Source: Candidatus Obscuribacterales bacterium (lineage in GTDB: Bacteria; Cyanobacteriota; Vampirovibrionia; Obscuribacterales; Obscuribacteraceae). From it: a stretch of DNA of 64,000 nucleotides. Below the pieces are notes generated by a model. That model was not told where the DNA came from. It did no database searches and saw only the letters and a list, made by a program, of their open reading frames with translations. Location of the stretch: positions 1,504,001 through 1,568,000 of the forward strand of contig CBDDIJ010000003.1 of NCBI GenBank assembly GCA_965228855.1, read 5' to 3'. Numbering within the stretch: the first letter of the stretch is position 1; every line of letters begins with the position of its first letter. This document shows, piece by piece, positions 20,085 through 29,255 of the stretch. The translations under genes were made by a program, and so were the position numbers.

Positions 20085-21719
20085 TTACTTTCCTTCGTTA
20101 TCCAAAAGTGCAGTGAGCGCGCTTATCGAGTCTGCGTCTTGAATTGTTTTGTCAGTCCGCCAGCGCAGAATACGCGGGAATCGCACAGCCACTCCTGACT
20201 TGTGACGCGTCGATGCCTGAATTCCTTCAAACGCGATCTCGAAAACGAGTTCGGGTTTGACGGTGCGTACCGGACCGAATTTTTCCAGTGTGTTTTTGCG
20301 AACAAAAGCATCAACCTGTCGAATCTCAGCGTCAGTTAGCCCGCTGTATGCCTTCGCCACTGATACCAGTTTTCCGTCCCGCCACACGCCGAACGTATAA
20401 TCAGTGTAGAGACTCGCGCGTTTGCCGGAGCCTTTTTGAGCCGAGATCAAAACGGCGTCCACCGAGTAAGGATCGATTTTCCACTTCCACCAGTCGCCTT
20501 TTCGTCGACCTACTCCATACTTGGACGTGGCTCGCTTGAGCATCAATCCCTCGACCTTCAGAGCGCGCGAGGTTTCACGCATAGCAGCAAGTTCAGTCCA
20601 GCTAGTTCCACCTGTAAGTGGGGAAACGCGAAGCACCGGATTTAGTTGCGCGCGACAACTCGGGGCCTCATCCAGCGCGCCTGGAGTAAGAAGTCCCGTC
20701 AATAAGCGACGGCGAACCGCAAGCGATTCGGCGCGTTTATCCTCGCCGTTCAGTTCCAAAAGATCGAAGCACATGAAAATTACAGGAGCTTCGGCAAGCA
20801 GTTTTTTAGAAACCGTTTTTCTGGTAATTCTGGTCTGCAAATCATGAAACGGCAAGACTTCCGCGTCCTTCCAGGCCAGAATTTCGCCATCAAGGACGGT
20901 GCCGTTCGGTAAACACTCCGCCGCGTCGGTTATCTCAGGGAATCTTTCTGTGACAAGCTCTTCACCGCGTGACCAGATGAAAACCTGACCGTCTCGCTTG
21001 ACCAGTTGCGCTCTGATTCCGTCCCATTTCCATTCGGCGTACCATTCGGAAAAGTCACCGAGGATTTCAGACGGATTTTCGAGAGGATAAGACAGAAAGA
21101 ATGGATAGGGCTTGCTCGATTCGGTGTCGCCTGTGTCTTCATGAACAAGAGCTTTGAAAAATTCTTCTGTCGGTTTCCATTCACCCATGAGACGATGGGC
21201 GATGGTTGCTTCATCTAGACCGGAGGATTTTGCGAGTGCATTTATGACCAGTTGCTGCGAAACACCGAGGCGCAAAGAACCATTGATGATTTTGTTGAGA
21301 ACGAAACGTCCCGTCTCTGAAAGTTTCATCCAGAGATTGACGATACCGGCACGCTGCTCTTCAGGCGTTGAGTCGCGCAGTGGAAGCAGATGTTCCTCAA
21401 CCAGTTGCGACAGTGGGATATCGATTGTTGCGCTTGAGGGAACGGGTGGAAGCAACAAAGCCAGGGTCTCACCGAGGTCGCCGACTGAGTCGTAGCACTC
21501 TTGAAACATCCAGGGCGCTATACCGGAAAGCTCCATGGTCCATTCAGCCAGACGAGCGCGCGGGATGAGTTGGCGGATTTTTCTACCGGTCAAAAAATAG
21601 ACGCCCCAAGCAGCGTCCGCAGGCGGAGCGCTCTCAAAATAGTCACGAAGAATGGCTGTCTTCTCGCTCGTTTTGTTGGTTTCATCCAGAGAGATAAAGA
21701 GCTGCGAGAATCTATTCAT
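20085..21719 (-). CDS. ATP-dependent DNA ligase
   Basis: EWKWDGIRAQ adenylation motif, LDGE, EGLMLKR, WWKWK, AVRFPRI; ATG 21719 overlaps the end of the upstream gene. Confidence 0.95.
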   Translation of the reverse strand: MNRFSQLFISLDETNKTSEKTAILRDYFESAPPADAAWGVYFLTGRKIRQLIPRARLAEWTMELSGIAPWMFQECYDSVGDLGETLALLLPPVPSSATIDIPLSQLVEEHLLPLRDSTPEEQRAGIVNLWMKLSETGRFVLNKIINGSLRLGVSQQLVINALAKSSGLDEATIAHRLMGEWKPTEEFFKALVHEDTGDTESSKPYPFFLSYPLENPSEILGDFSEWYAEWKWDGIRAQLVKRDGQVFIWSRGEELVTERFPEITDAAECLPNGTVLDGEILAWKDAEVLPFHDLQTRITRKTVSKKLLAEAPVIFMCFDLLELNGEDKRAESLAVRRRLLTGLLTPGALDEAPSCRAQLNPVLRVSPLTGGTSWTELAAMRETSRALKVEGLMLKRATSKYGVGRRKGDWWKWKIDPYSVDAVLISAQKGSGKRASLYTDYTFGVWRDGKLVSVAKAYSGLTDAEIRQVDAFVRKNTLEKFGPVRTVKPELVFEIAFEGIQASTRHKSGVAVRFPRILRWRTDKTIQDADSISALTALLDNEGK

Positions 21720-22860
21720 TGGCAGTATTCCCGTCGAAGATTTTATTTTCAGAAGTGTTAGTCTGTTCACCTTCCATGTCAGAAGCGTTGACGTCCGTTT
21801 CCGAAGCACTGACGTCGGTCTCCGAAGCGTTGACGTCGGTTTCCGAAGCTATGCCTTGTTCAACTTCGGCTTCTTCCGCTTCTCCGGCAAACTGGGTTTC
21901 CATGGTATCGGCATCGATACCATGATCTTTCAGATAGCGAACGAGCACGTCGCTGTAACCGTGAGTAACAAATATTTTCTTCGCGCCCGTTTCCTTTATC
22001 GTGCGCAGAAGTGAATACCAGTCAGCATGATCGGAGAGCGTAAAGCCACGATCGACAGCATGACGTCGCCGCATTCCGCGAATGCGCATCCAGCCGGAGG
22101 CAAACGCCGTTGAAACCGTTCCGAACCTCCGTGTCCAGGCGCTGCCCAGCACTGCCGGCGGTGCCACGATCAAAGCACCGGAATAATCGATCTTCTGTTT
22201 CGTCAACGGCACGCGAGTCGTTTCGGGGATGGGAACGCCGGAGAGACGGTAAATTTCGTTGATCGGCTCGATCGCGCCATGGGTGTAGATAGGTCCAATG
22301 GAGCTATCTACTCCGAGGAGCAATCGCTGTGCTTTGCCGAGAGAGTAGCCGAGTAAGAGGCTTGATTTGCCTTCGTCGCGATTTTTGCGCCACCAGCTGT
22401 TTATCGCCTCAAATACTTCTGTATCCGGCGTCCATGAATAAATTGGCAAACCGAAAGTCGACTCGGTGATGAATGTATCACACGGAACAACTTCAAATGG
22501 CTCGCAGGTCGGATCGGGATCGCGTTTATAGTCGCCGGAAACGACCCATACTTCACCATCATGCTGGACACGCACCTGCGCGGAGCCGAGTATGTGACCG
22601 GCAGGATGGAGTGAAACCTCGACGCCATTGAACTTTATCGTCTGTCCGTACTCGAGCGCGTGGATGTTCAAATCTTCGCCCAGACGGTATCGCAAGATTC
22701 CGGAACCGCGATCTACACAGTAATAGGCAGTGTTATATCTACGAGCGTGGTCCGAGTGGGCATGAGTGACGACGGCCCGCTCGACTGGGCGCCAGGGATC
22801 TATGTAAAAGTCCCCGGCCGGACAATACAGACCTTTATTAGTTGCGACTATCATCGGCAT
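21712..22860 (-). CDS. Ligase-associated DNA-damage-response exonuclease (metallo-beta-lactamase/beta-CASP)
   Basis: IDPWRPV..AVVTHAHSDH, AGHILGSAQ, SGDYK, ESTFGLP, FASGWM, LSDHADW, THG. Confidence 0.93.
   Translation of the reverse strand: MPMIVATNKGLYCPAGDFYIDPWRPVERAVVTHAHSDHARRYNTAYYCVDRGSGILRYRLGEDLNIHALEYGQTIKFNGVEVSLHPAGHILGSAQVRVQHDGEVWVVSGDYKRDPDPTCEPFEVVPCDTFITESTFGLPIYSWTPDTEVFEAINSWWRKNRDEGKSSLLLGYSLGKAQRLLLGVDSSIGPIYTHGAIEPINEIYRLSGVPIPETTRVPLTKQKIDYSGALIVAPPAVLGSAWTRRFGTVSTAFASGWMRIRGMRRRHAVDRGFTLSDHADWYSLLRTIKETGAKKIFVTHGYSDVLVRYLKDHGIDADTMETQFAGEAEEAEVEQGIASETDVNASETDVSASETDVNASDMEGEQTNTSENKIFDGNTANE
21779..21849 (-). repeat. 21-bp coding tandem repeat (ASETDV[N/S]) x3 in the exonuclease tail
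   Basis: Translation ASETDVN-ASETDVS-ASETDVN-ASD. Confidence 0.85.
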
Positions 22861-22919
22861 GTCTATAGGATAACAATTGAACGAGGGAATTGGGTGAACG
22901 CTGCGGTACAATCTGGGAT

Positions 22920-23864
22920 ATGAATAAACCGAAAACTCTGGTATCAGCGAAAGCCGCTCGCCCGGCACGCAAGACTCAAAAGGAAGTTTATGCTGGTAAA
23001 TCTTCGCCTCGTGATGCTGCCTATCCAATTATTGGAGCCCACACCAATGGTGGTATCACCGGCTCAGTCGCCAAAGCCTTAGAAATTGGCGCACAGTCCA
23101 TGCAAATCTTTATCGGCTCGCCGCAAACGTGGAAACCTCCACAGCCGGCGCCCGCTGATATTAAGAAGTTTCGAGAAGATGTCGCTCGCGAAAATCTGGG
23201 ACCAGTGTTTGTGCACGGAAATTATCTCGTAAATCTGGCGACGTTGTCCCTGGAGAATTTGCAAAAATCCGTTTTGAACCTGCACACGGCACTTCGTCTC
23301 TCTGATGCTATCGGCGCCGAAGGATTGATTTTTCACCCGGGCTCCGCCGGCAGTGCCAAGCGGTCTGAGGCCATTGACAGAGTGCTCGCAGCCATGACAG
23401 TTGTGCTTAAAGATTACGATGGTCAATGTCGGCTTCTAATGGAGGTTTGCGCGGGACAGGGACAAACCATCGGCGATGATTTTGGAGAGCTTGGAACAAT
23501 CATAGAGGAATTGAACTACGATAAACGCGTCGGTGTGGCGTGGGACACATGCCATTTGTACAACGCCGGTTTCGACGTTGCGACAGAGAAGGGGCTGGCA
23601 AAAACAGTTTCAGAATTCGATAAACTTGTCGGCTTCGAGTGGTTGTTTGCGGTACACGCAAACGATTCGAAGAATCCGCTGGGCTCGCGCAAGGACCGGC
23701 ATGAAAACATTGGTCAAGGCTACATCGGCGAAGAAGGCTTTCGTCGTATGTTGCATCATCCGGAATTGCGTTCGCTTCCATGGATGTTGGAAGTTCCCGG
23801 TTTTGATGAGAAAGGTCCCGATAGGAAAAATATTGAAATTTTGCATCGCTTGTCTGCGATCTAG
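22920..23864 (+). CDS. nfo: Endonuclease IV
   Basis: IGAH, HGNYLVNL, HPGS, E..AGQG, DTCH, HANDSK, DRHENIG.GYIG, LEVP. Confidence 0.94.
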   Translation: MNKPKTLVSAKAARPARKTQKEVYAGKSSPRDAAYPIIGAHTNGGITGSVAKALEIGAQSMQIFIGSPQTWKPPQPAPADIKKFREDVARENLGPVFVHGNYLVNLATLSLENLQKSVLNLHTALRLSDAIGAEGLIFHPGSAGSAKRSEAIDRVLAAMTVVLKDYDGQCRLLMEVCAGQGQTIGDDFGELGTIIEELNYDKRVGVAWDTCHLYNAGFDVATEKGLAKTVSEFDKLVGFEWLFAVHANDSKNPLGSRKDRHENIGQGYIGEEGFRRMLHHPELRSLPWMLEVPGFDEKGPDRKNIEILHRLSAI

Positions 23865-23930
23865 CAACTTGCGCCAGCGCAATTGATTGAAGGGACGCCC
23901 TAGCGAACGCAAGGCGGCAATCGCGCCCCA

Positions 23931-24056
23931 ACGCGTAAACCGATATCGGTTCAAAATTTCCCATTCGTAAATCGATATCGGAATACGATCTTTAGTTCGT
24001 ATTCCGATATCGAACTAAGATCTTCAATTATTAAAATCCGACATCGATTTACGACT
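23931..24056. repeat. CGATATCG-core palindrome array, 4 copies
   Basis: Cores at 23941, 23973, 24005 and 24039 (last is CGACATCG); spacings 32, 32, 34; between convergent genes. Confidence 0.9.
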
Positions 24057-24106
24057 TTCGGCGAGAGTGCCTGGGTGCGGCCCGCGTAAATTCGGATCCA
24101 CTTAAT

Positions 24107-24148
24107 TCTGGTCAAAGCCGCAAGCGTAAACGTTGCGGCTTCACCAGA
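24107..24148. terminator. Stem-loop between convergent nfo and sigma genes
   Basis: TCTGGT..AAGCCGCAA / TTGCGGCTT.ACCAGA inverted repeat; no clear U-tract. Confidence 0.5.
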
Positions 24149-24169
24149 TCGAAGGAATCGGTCACAAAT

Positions 24170-25192
24170 TCAGTTGATAAACTCGCGTAGTGATGTCCAG
24201 CGCGGATCGTTTTTCAGCTTTTTCATCGCTTTCTTTTCGACCTGGCGAACGCGTTCACGGCTGACGTTGAGCTGCCGGCTGCAGTAGTCTAGAGATCGCT
24301 CTTCTCCATCCTTGAGACCAAAACGAAGCTCGAGAACGACTTGCTCCTGAGGTTTTAAATTTTCCAAAGCAAGTCGCAGGCCCTTTTGAAGAATCGCTAT
24401 CTCAGCTTTCTCCTCGGGTTTCGGTGCCTCTATGTCCTCAAGAAGGTTTATAAACGGGGTATCTTCCTCGTTTCCAAAACATTTATCTAGAGACAGTATC
24501 GTCTTGTCTGTATCGAGAATTAACGAAACCTGCTCTTCTGAGAGTCCAGCTTCTTTTGCTATTTCACCAGGTTCCGGTCGTCGTTCCAGCTGAAAGTACA
24601 GCTTCGAGATGGCACGGCGTACCTTCAATTTGCGCTCTTGCACGTGAACCGGAATCCGAATGGGCTGAGACTTGTCATGCAGGGCTCGTGTGATTACCTG
24701 CTTTATCCACCAGGTCGCGTAAGTGGAGAATTTATAACCGAGTTCCGGATCGAATTTTTCCGAAGCTTTTATTAGACCGATACTGCCCTCCTGAATCAAA
24801 TCTAGGAAAGGCAGTCCCTGACCGCGGTAACGTTTCGCTATGCTAACCACCAACCGTAGATTCGATTGGATTATTTTGCGTCGCGCACTTGCGTCTCCAG
24901 AGCGTGCGGCTCGGGACAGTTCGATCTCTTCTTTGCCTGATAGTAATCGATGGCGGCTAAGTTCGCGCATGTAAATCGCGGTCGGGTCCTCGTCTTTCGT
25001 GGGAGCATCGGCTTTGGCGATCGCATCTTCCTCACTATTTTCAGACAATGACTCGCTATCATCTTCATCGATCACGAATTGATCGACATCTTCGGATAGC
25101 TCGTCCGCATAAGTTAAAGAGTCTTTTTTATAGGTTTTGTTTTTCATCCACGATTGAACGGCGCCTGTAAGCGCCGCACCCTTCATAAGCAC
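24170..25192 (-). CDS. RNA polymerase sigma-70 factor, RpoD/SigA-like (probably group 2; alternative start 25147)
   Basis: [52 protein letters not shown]. Confidence 0.95.
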   Translation of the reverse strand: MLMKGAALTGAVQSWMKNKTYKKDSLTYADELSEDVDQFVIDEDDSESLSENSEEDAIAKADAPTKDEDPTAIYMRELSRHRLLSGKEEIELSRAARSGDASARRKIIQSNLRLVVSIAKRYRGQGLPFLDLIQEGSIGLIKASEKFDPELGYKFSTYATWWIKQVITRALHDKSQPIRIPVHVQERKLKVRRAISKLYFQLERRPEPGEIAKEAGLSEEQVSLILDTDKTILSLDKCFGNEEDTPFINLLEDIEAPKPEEKAEIAILQKGLRLALENLKPQEQVVLELRFGLKDGEERSLDYCSRQLNVSRERVRQVEKKAMKKLKNDPRWTSLREFIN

Positions 25193-25449
25193 CTTCTAAT
25201 TCAAGAGTAATAAAAAAAATCTGCTTATGGTTGGCGCGGACTAAGGTTTTACTGTATACGCAACACTTTTTAATCGACGATGAAAGTTTCGATTGAAAGG
25301 TCGGCTAATCGACCTGATCTAAGGAGCAACTATGAGCAACTATGACTGAAATGCAGTTCAAGGATCCGACTTCAAAGTATTCAGTGGCGTTGCAAGATAA
25401 CCTATACTATCGATGTTAAGCGGACAATTACCACCCTGGAGGGGCAAAA

Positions 25450-25665
25450 TTGAAAGGCTATATTGAAGTCACTTATCGCGGCTCCGAAGAAAAGCATCTT
25501 ATCAATCTGGCTTACGTTCGTTTATTTCGAGCACATATCAGTGGTCCAGGACAGCACGAGGCCGACCAGCCAGCTGTCATTCAATTTGCTGACGGCAAGG
25601 AACAGCAGCTTCTCGAGTCCTACGGCGACATTTTTGACCGAGTAAGAACAGCAACCATCGAGTAG
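25450..25665 (+). CDS. Small hypothetical protein
   Basis: 71 aa; GGAGG upstream of TTG; globular-looking composition. Confidence 0.6.
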   Translation: MKGYIEVTYRGSEEKHLINLAYVRLFRAHISGPGQHEADQPAVIQFADGKEQQLLESYGDIFDRVRTATIE

Positions 25666-25761
25666 GTTGGCTTGCTTTGGCAATGCACAGTCACAGTGAG
25701 TGGCGCACTTTAATCTGATTAACGCGAAGGAAACGCAATCGACTGCCTGGATAATTGCTAA

Positions 25762-25832
25762 CGCCGAGGGGTGGAATTGAACCACCGTTCCGACGTTCAG
25801 AGCGTCGTGTCCTGCCGTTGAACGACCTCGGT
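25762..25832 (-). tRNA. tRNA-Gln(CTG), A1:C72 mismatch, CCA not encoded
   Basis: Cloverleaf ACCGAGG/CCTCGGC; anticodon arm CGACG-CTCTGAA-CGTCG; T arm GGTGG-TTCAATT-CCACC. Confidence 0.88.
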
Positions 25833-25992
25833 ATGATACAAACTTGGTACTACAGATTTAGGACTTTTCCAGCACTTGTCGCAAGAGCCATTTGTCGAGC
25901 ATCATCCTTTTATATAGGTCTCAGTCCAATAAGTGCAGCCGCTTAAACACTTCAGAGCAATTTTCTGCGAGGCACACCACATAGTTAAGTAG

Positions 25993-26063
25993 TTCCGAGG
26001 GATGGGGTCGAACCACCGTACCGACATTCAAAGTGTCGTGTCCTGCCATTAGACGACCTCGGA
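25993..26063 (-). tRNA. tRNA-Gln(TTG), CCA not encoded
   Basis: TCCGAGG/CCTCGGA; CGACA-CTTTGAA-TGTCG; GGTGG-TTCGACC-CCATC. Confidence 0.92.
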
Positions 26064-26067
26064 CCAA

Positions 26068-26141
26068 TACCCGAAAGTGGATTCGAACCACCAACCTCCT
26101 GTTTCTAAGACAGGCGTCTCTGCCAGTTGGACTACTCGGGC
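26068..26141 (-). tRNA. tRNA-Leu(TAG) with a short variable loop, CCA not encoded
   Basis: GCCCGAG/TTCGGGT-A; CCTGT-CTTAGAA-ACAGG; 5-nt variable region AGGTT; GGTGG-TTCGAAT-CCACT. Confidence 0.88.
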
Positions 26142-26193
26142 GAGTATTCAGTTGTTTTTTTTCAGCGCCACCTGCGTTTTGAGACCTCCGTTG

Positions 26194-26319
26194 TTTCGTA
26201 ATTCGATATCGGAGTACGTTTTAAATTTCGTCTTCCGATATCGGACTAAATTCAATGGATTCGTAATTCGATATCGGTTTACGCTGGCGAAGTTCGTATT
26301 CCGATATCGGATTAAGTTC
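26194..26319. repeat. CGATATCG-core palindrome array, 4 copies, inside the tRNA cluster
   Basis: Cores at 26204, 26236, 26269, 26302 (spacings 32, 33, 33). Confidence 0.9.
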
Positions 26320-26424
26320 TTAAATTTGCTCCACCGTAATCCATCATCAAATTTAAACCTGGGAGGAACACGGTCCGCGCGAGCGTTTCAGCGTTTTAAC
26401 AACCTCGCGCGAGCCGTTCCGATC

Positions 26425-26499
26425 TGGTCTGAGTGGGACGTGCTGCCCGTCCGGCCTCCCGCTTCCAAGGCGGGCGCTCTACTGTTGAGCTACACCCAG
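26425..26499 (-). tRNA. tRNA-Pro(TGG) with non-canonical T-loop, CCA encoded
   Basis: CTGGGTG/CACTCAG-A-CCA; CCCGC-CTTGGAA-GCGGG; GGACG-GGCAGCA-CGTCC. Confidence 0.85.
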
Positions 26500-26500
26500 T

Positions 26501-26576
26501 TGGGGGATTGGACGGGATTCGCACCCGCGTCTTTGGTCTCACAAACCAAGGTCCTAACTACTGGACGACCTATCCC
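26501..26576 (-). tRNA. tRNA-His(GTG) with G-1:C73, CCA encoded
   Basis: G-GGATAGG/CCAATCC-C-CCA; TTGGT-TTGTGAG-ACCAA; GCGGG-TGCGAAT-CCCGT. Confidence 0.88.
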
Positions 26577-26577
26577 A

Positions 26578-26653
26578 TGGCGGTGCTGAGGGGACTCGAA
26601 CCCCCGGTCTCTGCGCTGACAACGCATTACTCTAGCCGCTGAGTTACAGCACC
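26578..26653 (-). tRNA. tRNA-Asp(GTC), CCA encoded
   Basis: GGTGCTG/CAGCACC-G-CCA; TGCG-TTGTCAG-CGCA; GGGGG-TTCGAGT-CCCCT. Confidence 0.93.
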
Positions 26654-26907
26654 GTGTATTCAAATTTGTTTCCGCGATTTTTTTAGAAGCTTCAATCAAG
26701 AACACGGAAGTTTCGATATTCACCACACAGATACGCTGACGGTCACTGAAAGCCGTAGGGTGATTTAAATCGCTGAGCGCAGAATCGTTTGCCTTTGGCA
26801 GCAAAAAATCTGCCGAAGCGAAAATACAAAAATGCAGCGCTCTTAAAACGTTGAGGCAAAACTCATAGACTGCGCTATTCCAGCAGCCAGAACGAGTTTC
26901 GGTCGCT

Positions 26908-27111
26908 TTAGCGCTGCAGAAGTAATTTGTCTTTGAGTTGAACTTGATGAACATGATCGGAATCCGCTCCATTTGGAAAACTATCCAGCACGAGTTGCAG
27001 CCTTGTCGGCTGGCTATCGTTTTGATGCTGGAATGGGAGTCGGAACACGATGTTCACCTTGTTTATGAAACTCGTCAGAAACGAATGCGGACCGCTCAGA
27101 GCCGTCTGCAT
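26908..27111 (-). other. Structured leader of the tRNA cluster containing a possible leaderless 67-aa ORF
   Basis: ATG coincides with the predicted +1; nested inverted segments span 26915-27110. Confidence 0.4.
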
Positions 27112-27117
27112 ATTTCC

Positions 27118-27147
27118 AGTCTATACAGGGACCATGATTTTTGTCAA
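27118..27147 (-). promoter_or_regulatory. Sigma-70 promoter pointing at the tRNA cluster
   Basis: TTGACA (27147-27142), 18-bp spacer, TAGACT (27123-27118). Confidence 0.7.
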
Positions 27148-27677
27148 CAAGTATTTCCCCCAGTTGCTATTCGAAACCGGCTTGGCTAGCGATGATCAGA
27201 TCTAAGCTCTAAGATCTGGTTTTATATAGGAGATTTCCAGATAGATTACGAACTGATTCTACAAAATCGTTATGGTGTTATATCTAGTGGCAACGTTTTT
27301 AATATTTGTCGAAAAGTTTCAGTTTGTAGAACATAGCCAACACATTCTCCGAGAAGGTCTGGAACCAGCACTACCGGCGGTGCATTTTCGTTAAACATGA
27401 CCTTGCTGTGAAACGTTTTTATAGCCTTAATAAACAGATTTATGCTTGGCCCTTCTGCCAACTTATCGAAACACCCGTCGCCGATAGCCTTCGAAACTAA
27501 CCAGTCCACGGAATTTTGAAAGATACATTTACATTCGCACCATGAGGGTGAGTGCAGGTTCACCCAAAACGGTGATTACCGGATTCGGAACCGAAGTTTA
27601 GAATGCAAATAAGGCAACTTCGCGTCGCAGCACTGGGAGCAGTGCTGGTGGTGCTTACAGGATATTATGGTGAACGA

Positions 27678-28094
27678 ATGGCTAATGAACTCATCTATTC
27701 AGCTGACAAACAGCGATTGCTGGAGGAACTGAAGTCAGCATCAGTCAGCTCTACACGCCTTCCCGCGCTAGAGAACCCCGAGCATGTCGAAGCGCTTCAC
27801 GATCTGTTCGGACAGGTAGTTGGACTTCCAAAAGACGCCGAACCTGAAGTAAAACAGAAATCGCCACGAATGACCCACAACGAGTTAAAGGCGATGAAGG
27901 TGGTTTCGAGCAAAGTGCAGGACCCGAAGGTTAATGTAATCCAACGCGTCTCTCAATCTCTTATACAAGGCTGGTGCGCCGTTCGGAGTTTGTTCTCTTT
28001 TACACCGCGAAAGACCAACGCGCTCACGTGTGTTCAGAACGGCCATGAATGTTCGCATTGTGGAACCAAAATTCCATATGAAAACCGCAGATAA
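27678..28094 (+). CDS. Hypothetical protein with a C-terminal Cys/His (zinc-ribbon-like) motif
   Basis: Within ORF 27603..28094; C..NGHECSHCG near the C-terminus; start uncertain. Confidence 0.55.
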   Translation: MANELIYSADKQRLLEELKSASVSSTRLPALENPEHVEALHDLFGQVVGLPKDAEPEVKQKSPRMTHNELKAMKVVSSKVQDPKVNVIQRVSQSLIQGWCAVRSLFSFTPRKTNALTCVQNGHECSHCGTKIPYENRR

Positions 28095-28299
28095 CCTAGC
28101 CAGTCTTTGCAGGTCCGGGCAGTAGTCGTCGCACTCTGACTTGGCTGATGATCTTGACCGAACAAACACGAGTTTCCCCTTCGATCACTAATTCGAGTGA
28201 TGGAAAGAGATCGTGATGGAAAGAGATCGCGACTTGCTCAATAAAACAAATCCGGAACGCGCGCAGTAACGATCCGCGAAGTGTTTACTTCGTTGAAGC

Positions 28300-28779
28300 T
28301 TAGGCTTTAGCGGACAAAACTCTGCAATACGGTCCAACCAGGTCAGCAACTTCCAGAAGAAGTTTCTCGTCCTGCTCACTGAAATTTGCGGCATTGTCGC
28401 TGTCTACGTCGAACTGACCGACTACCTGATCTTGATAGCGGATTAGCACAACAATTTCAGATTTTGTGTTCGGAGCGCAAGCGATGTAGTTCTCGATCGT
28501 CGACACATCGTTGACGATCATATTCTTGTTCTCTTTTATAGCTGTGCCGCAAACGCCTTCGCCGACCTTGATTTTCTCATGCTCCGTTTCCGGCCCCTGG
28601 TACGGACCAAGAATCAGCTGATCACCTTGTAAGAAGTAGATTCCTACCCAGCTCCAATTCGGCATCGTATCGTGGAGAAGATCGCAGGTAGCCTGCAGTA
28701 TGACTTCCGGCGAGCCATTGAGGTCGAGGACCTGGTCAATTACGTTTTCATGAAGCTCGCTGATTCCATTGGAGGACAT
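28300..28779 (-). CDS. msrC: GAF-domain protein, free methionine-R-sulfoxide reductase-like
   Basis: WVGIY, LGPYQG, GEGVCGTA, YIACAPNTKSEIVV, DVDS. Confidence 0.8.
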   Translation of the reverse strand: MSSNGISELHENVIDQVLDLNGSPEVILQATCDLLHDTMPNWSWVGIYFLQGDQLILGPYQGPETEHEKIKVGEGVCGTAIKENKNMIVNDVSTIENYIACAPNTKSEIVVLIRYQDQVVGQFDVDSDNAANFSEQDEKLLLEVADLVGPYCRVLSAKA

Positions 28780-29255
28780 TGTTCGGTCAATCCTTCTGCC
28801 TGTGGCGGTGTTAACAAGTACAAACGATCATAAGCTTAGCACTATATTTTGGAATCAATGGGGGCAAGCCCTTTAATTGAGGTCAAAAGTAACAGCATGC
28901 TGGAAACGCTCACCCAGTGCCCTCTTGGTTTGTCCAAAATTGTGAAGACTCCTATTCAGAATAATTTGCTGCGCCACGGGCGGGCAGTTTTCGCAATGCC
29001 TACTTGTCAGGAAATGCGGATTGTTCCTTAGATATGGTTCTCAATGGATAGCAAAAGAAATTTCATTCGCTTGTTATTTTTTGTCGAAAGGAAACGAAAC
29101 AAAATCTTTTGGGCTCTTCTGTGAGCCGGTCTTATCGATTTTTCGCGAACTAAATCCGCGCATGTTGGCACCACGGGCGGTTGTATTTGAATAAGCGAGC
29201 TCAGTGCTGGCAATGGTTACGAGCGTCTTGCGAGAGACTTTCTGGAGTTTGCGAT

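Noticed and set aside
23931..24056. Palindrome arrays as CRISPR arrays
   Set aside because: Only 4-7 bp separate the 28-bp units, copies are degenerate, arrays have at most four units, and no cas genes are present.
26077..26972. ORFs 26077..26589, 26433..26642 and 26490..26972
   Set aside because: They overlap tRNA genes and the palindrome array (the FRYR repeats are the palindrome read in another frame); most likely spurious.
26915..27110. Firm 6S RNA call
   Set aside because: The size fits but the central bulge is asymmetric and no recognisable 6S sequence motifs were seen; left as an unassigned structured region.
28197..28229. 16-bp direct duplication GTGATGGAAAGAGATC x2 (and GAGCAACTAT x2 at about 25324-25343)
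   Set aside because: Two-copy local duplications with no other context; likely slippage.
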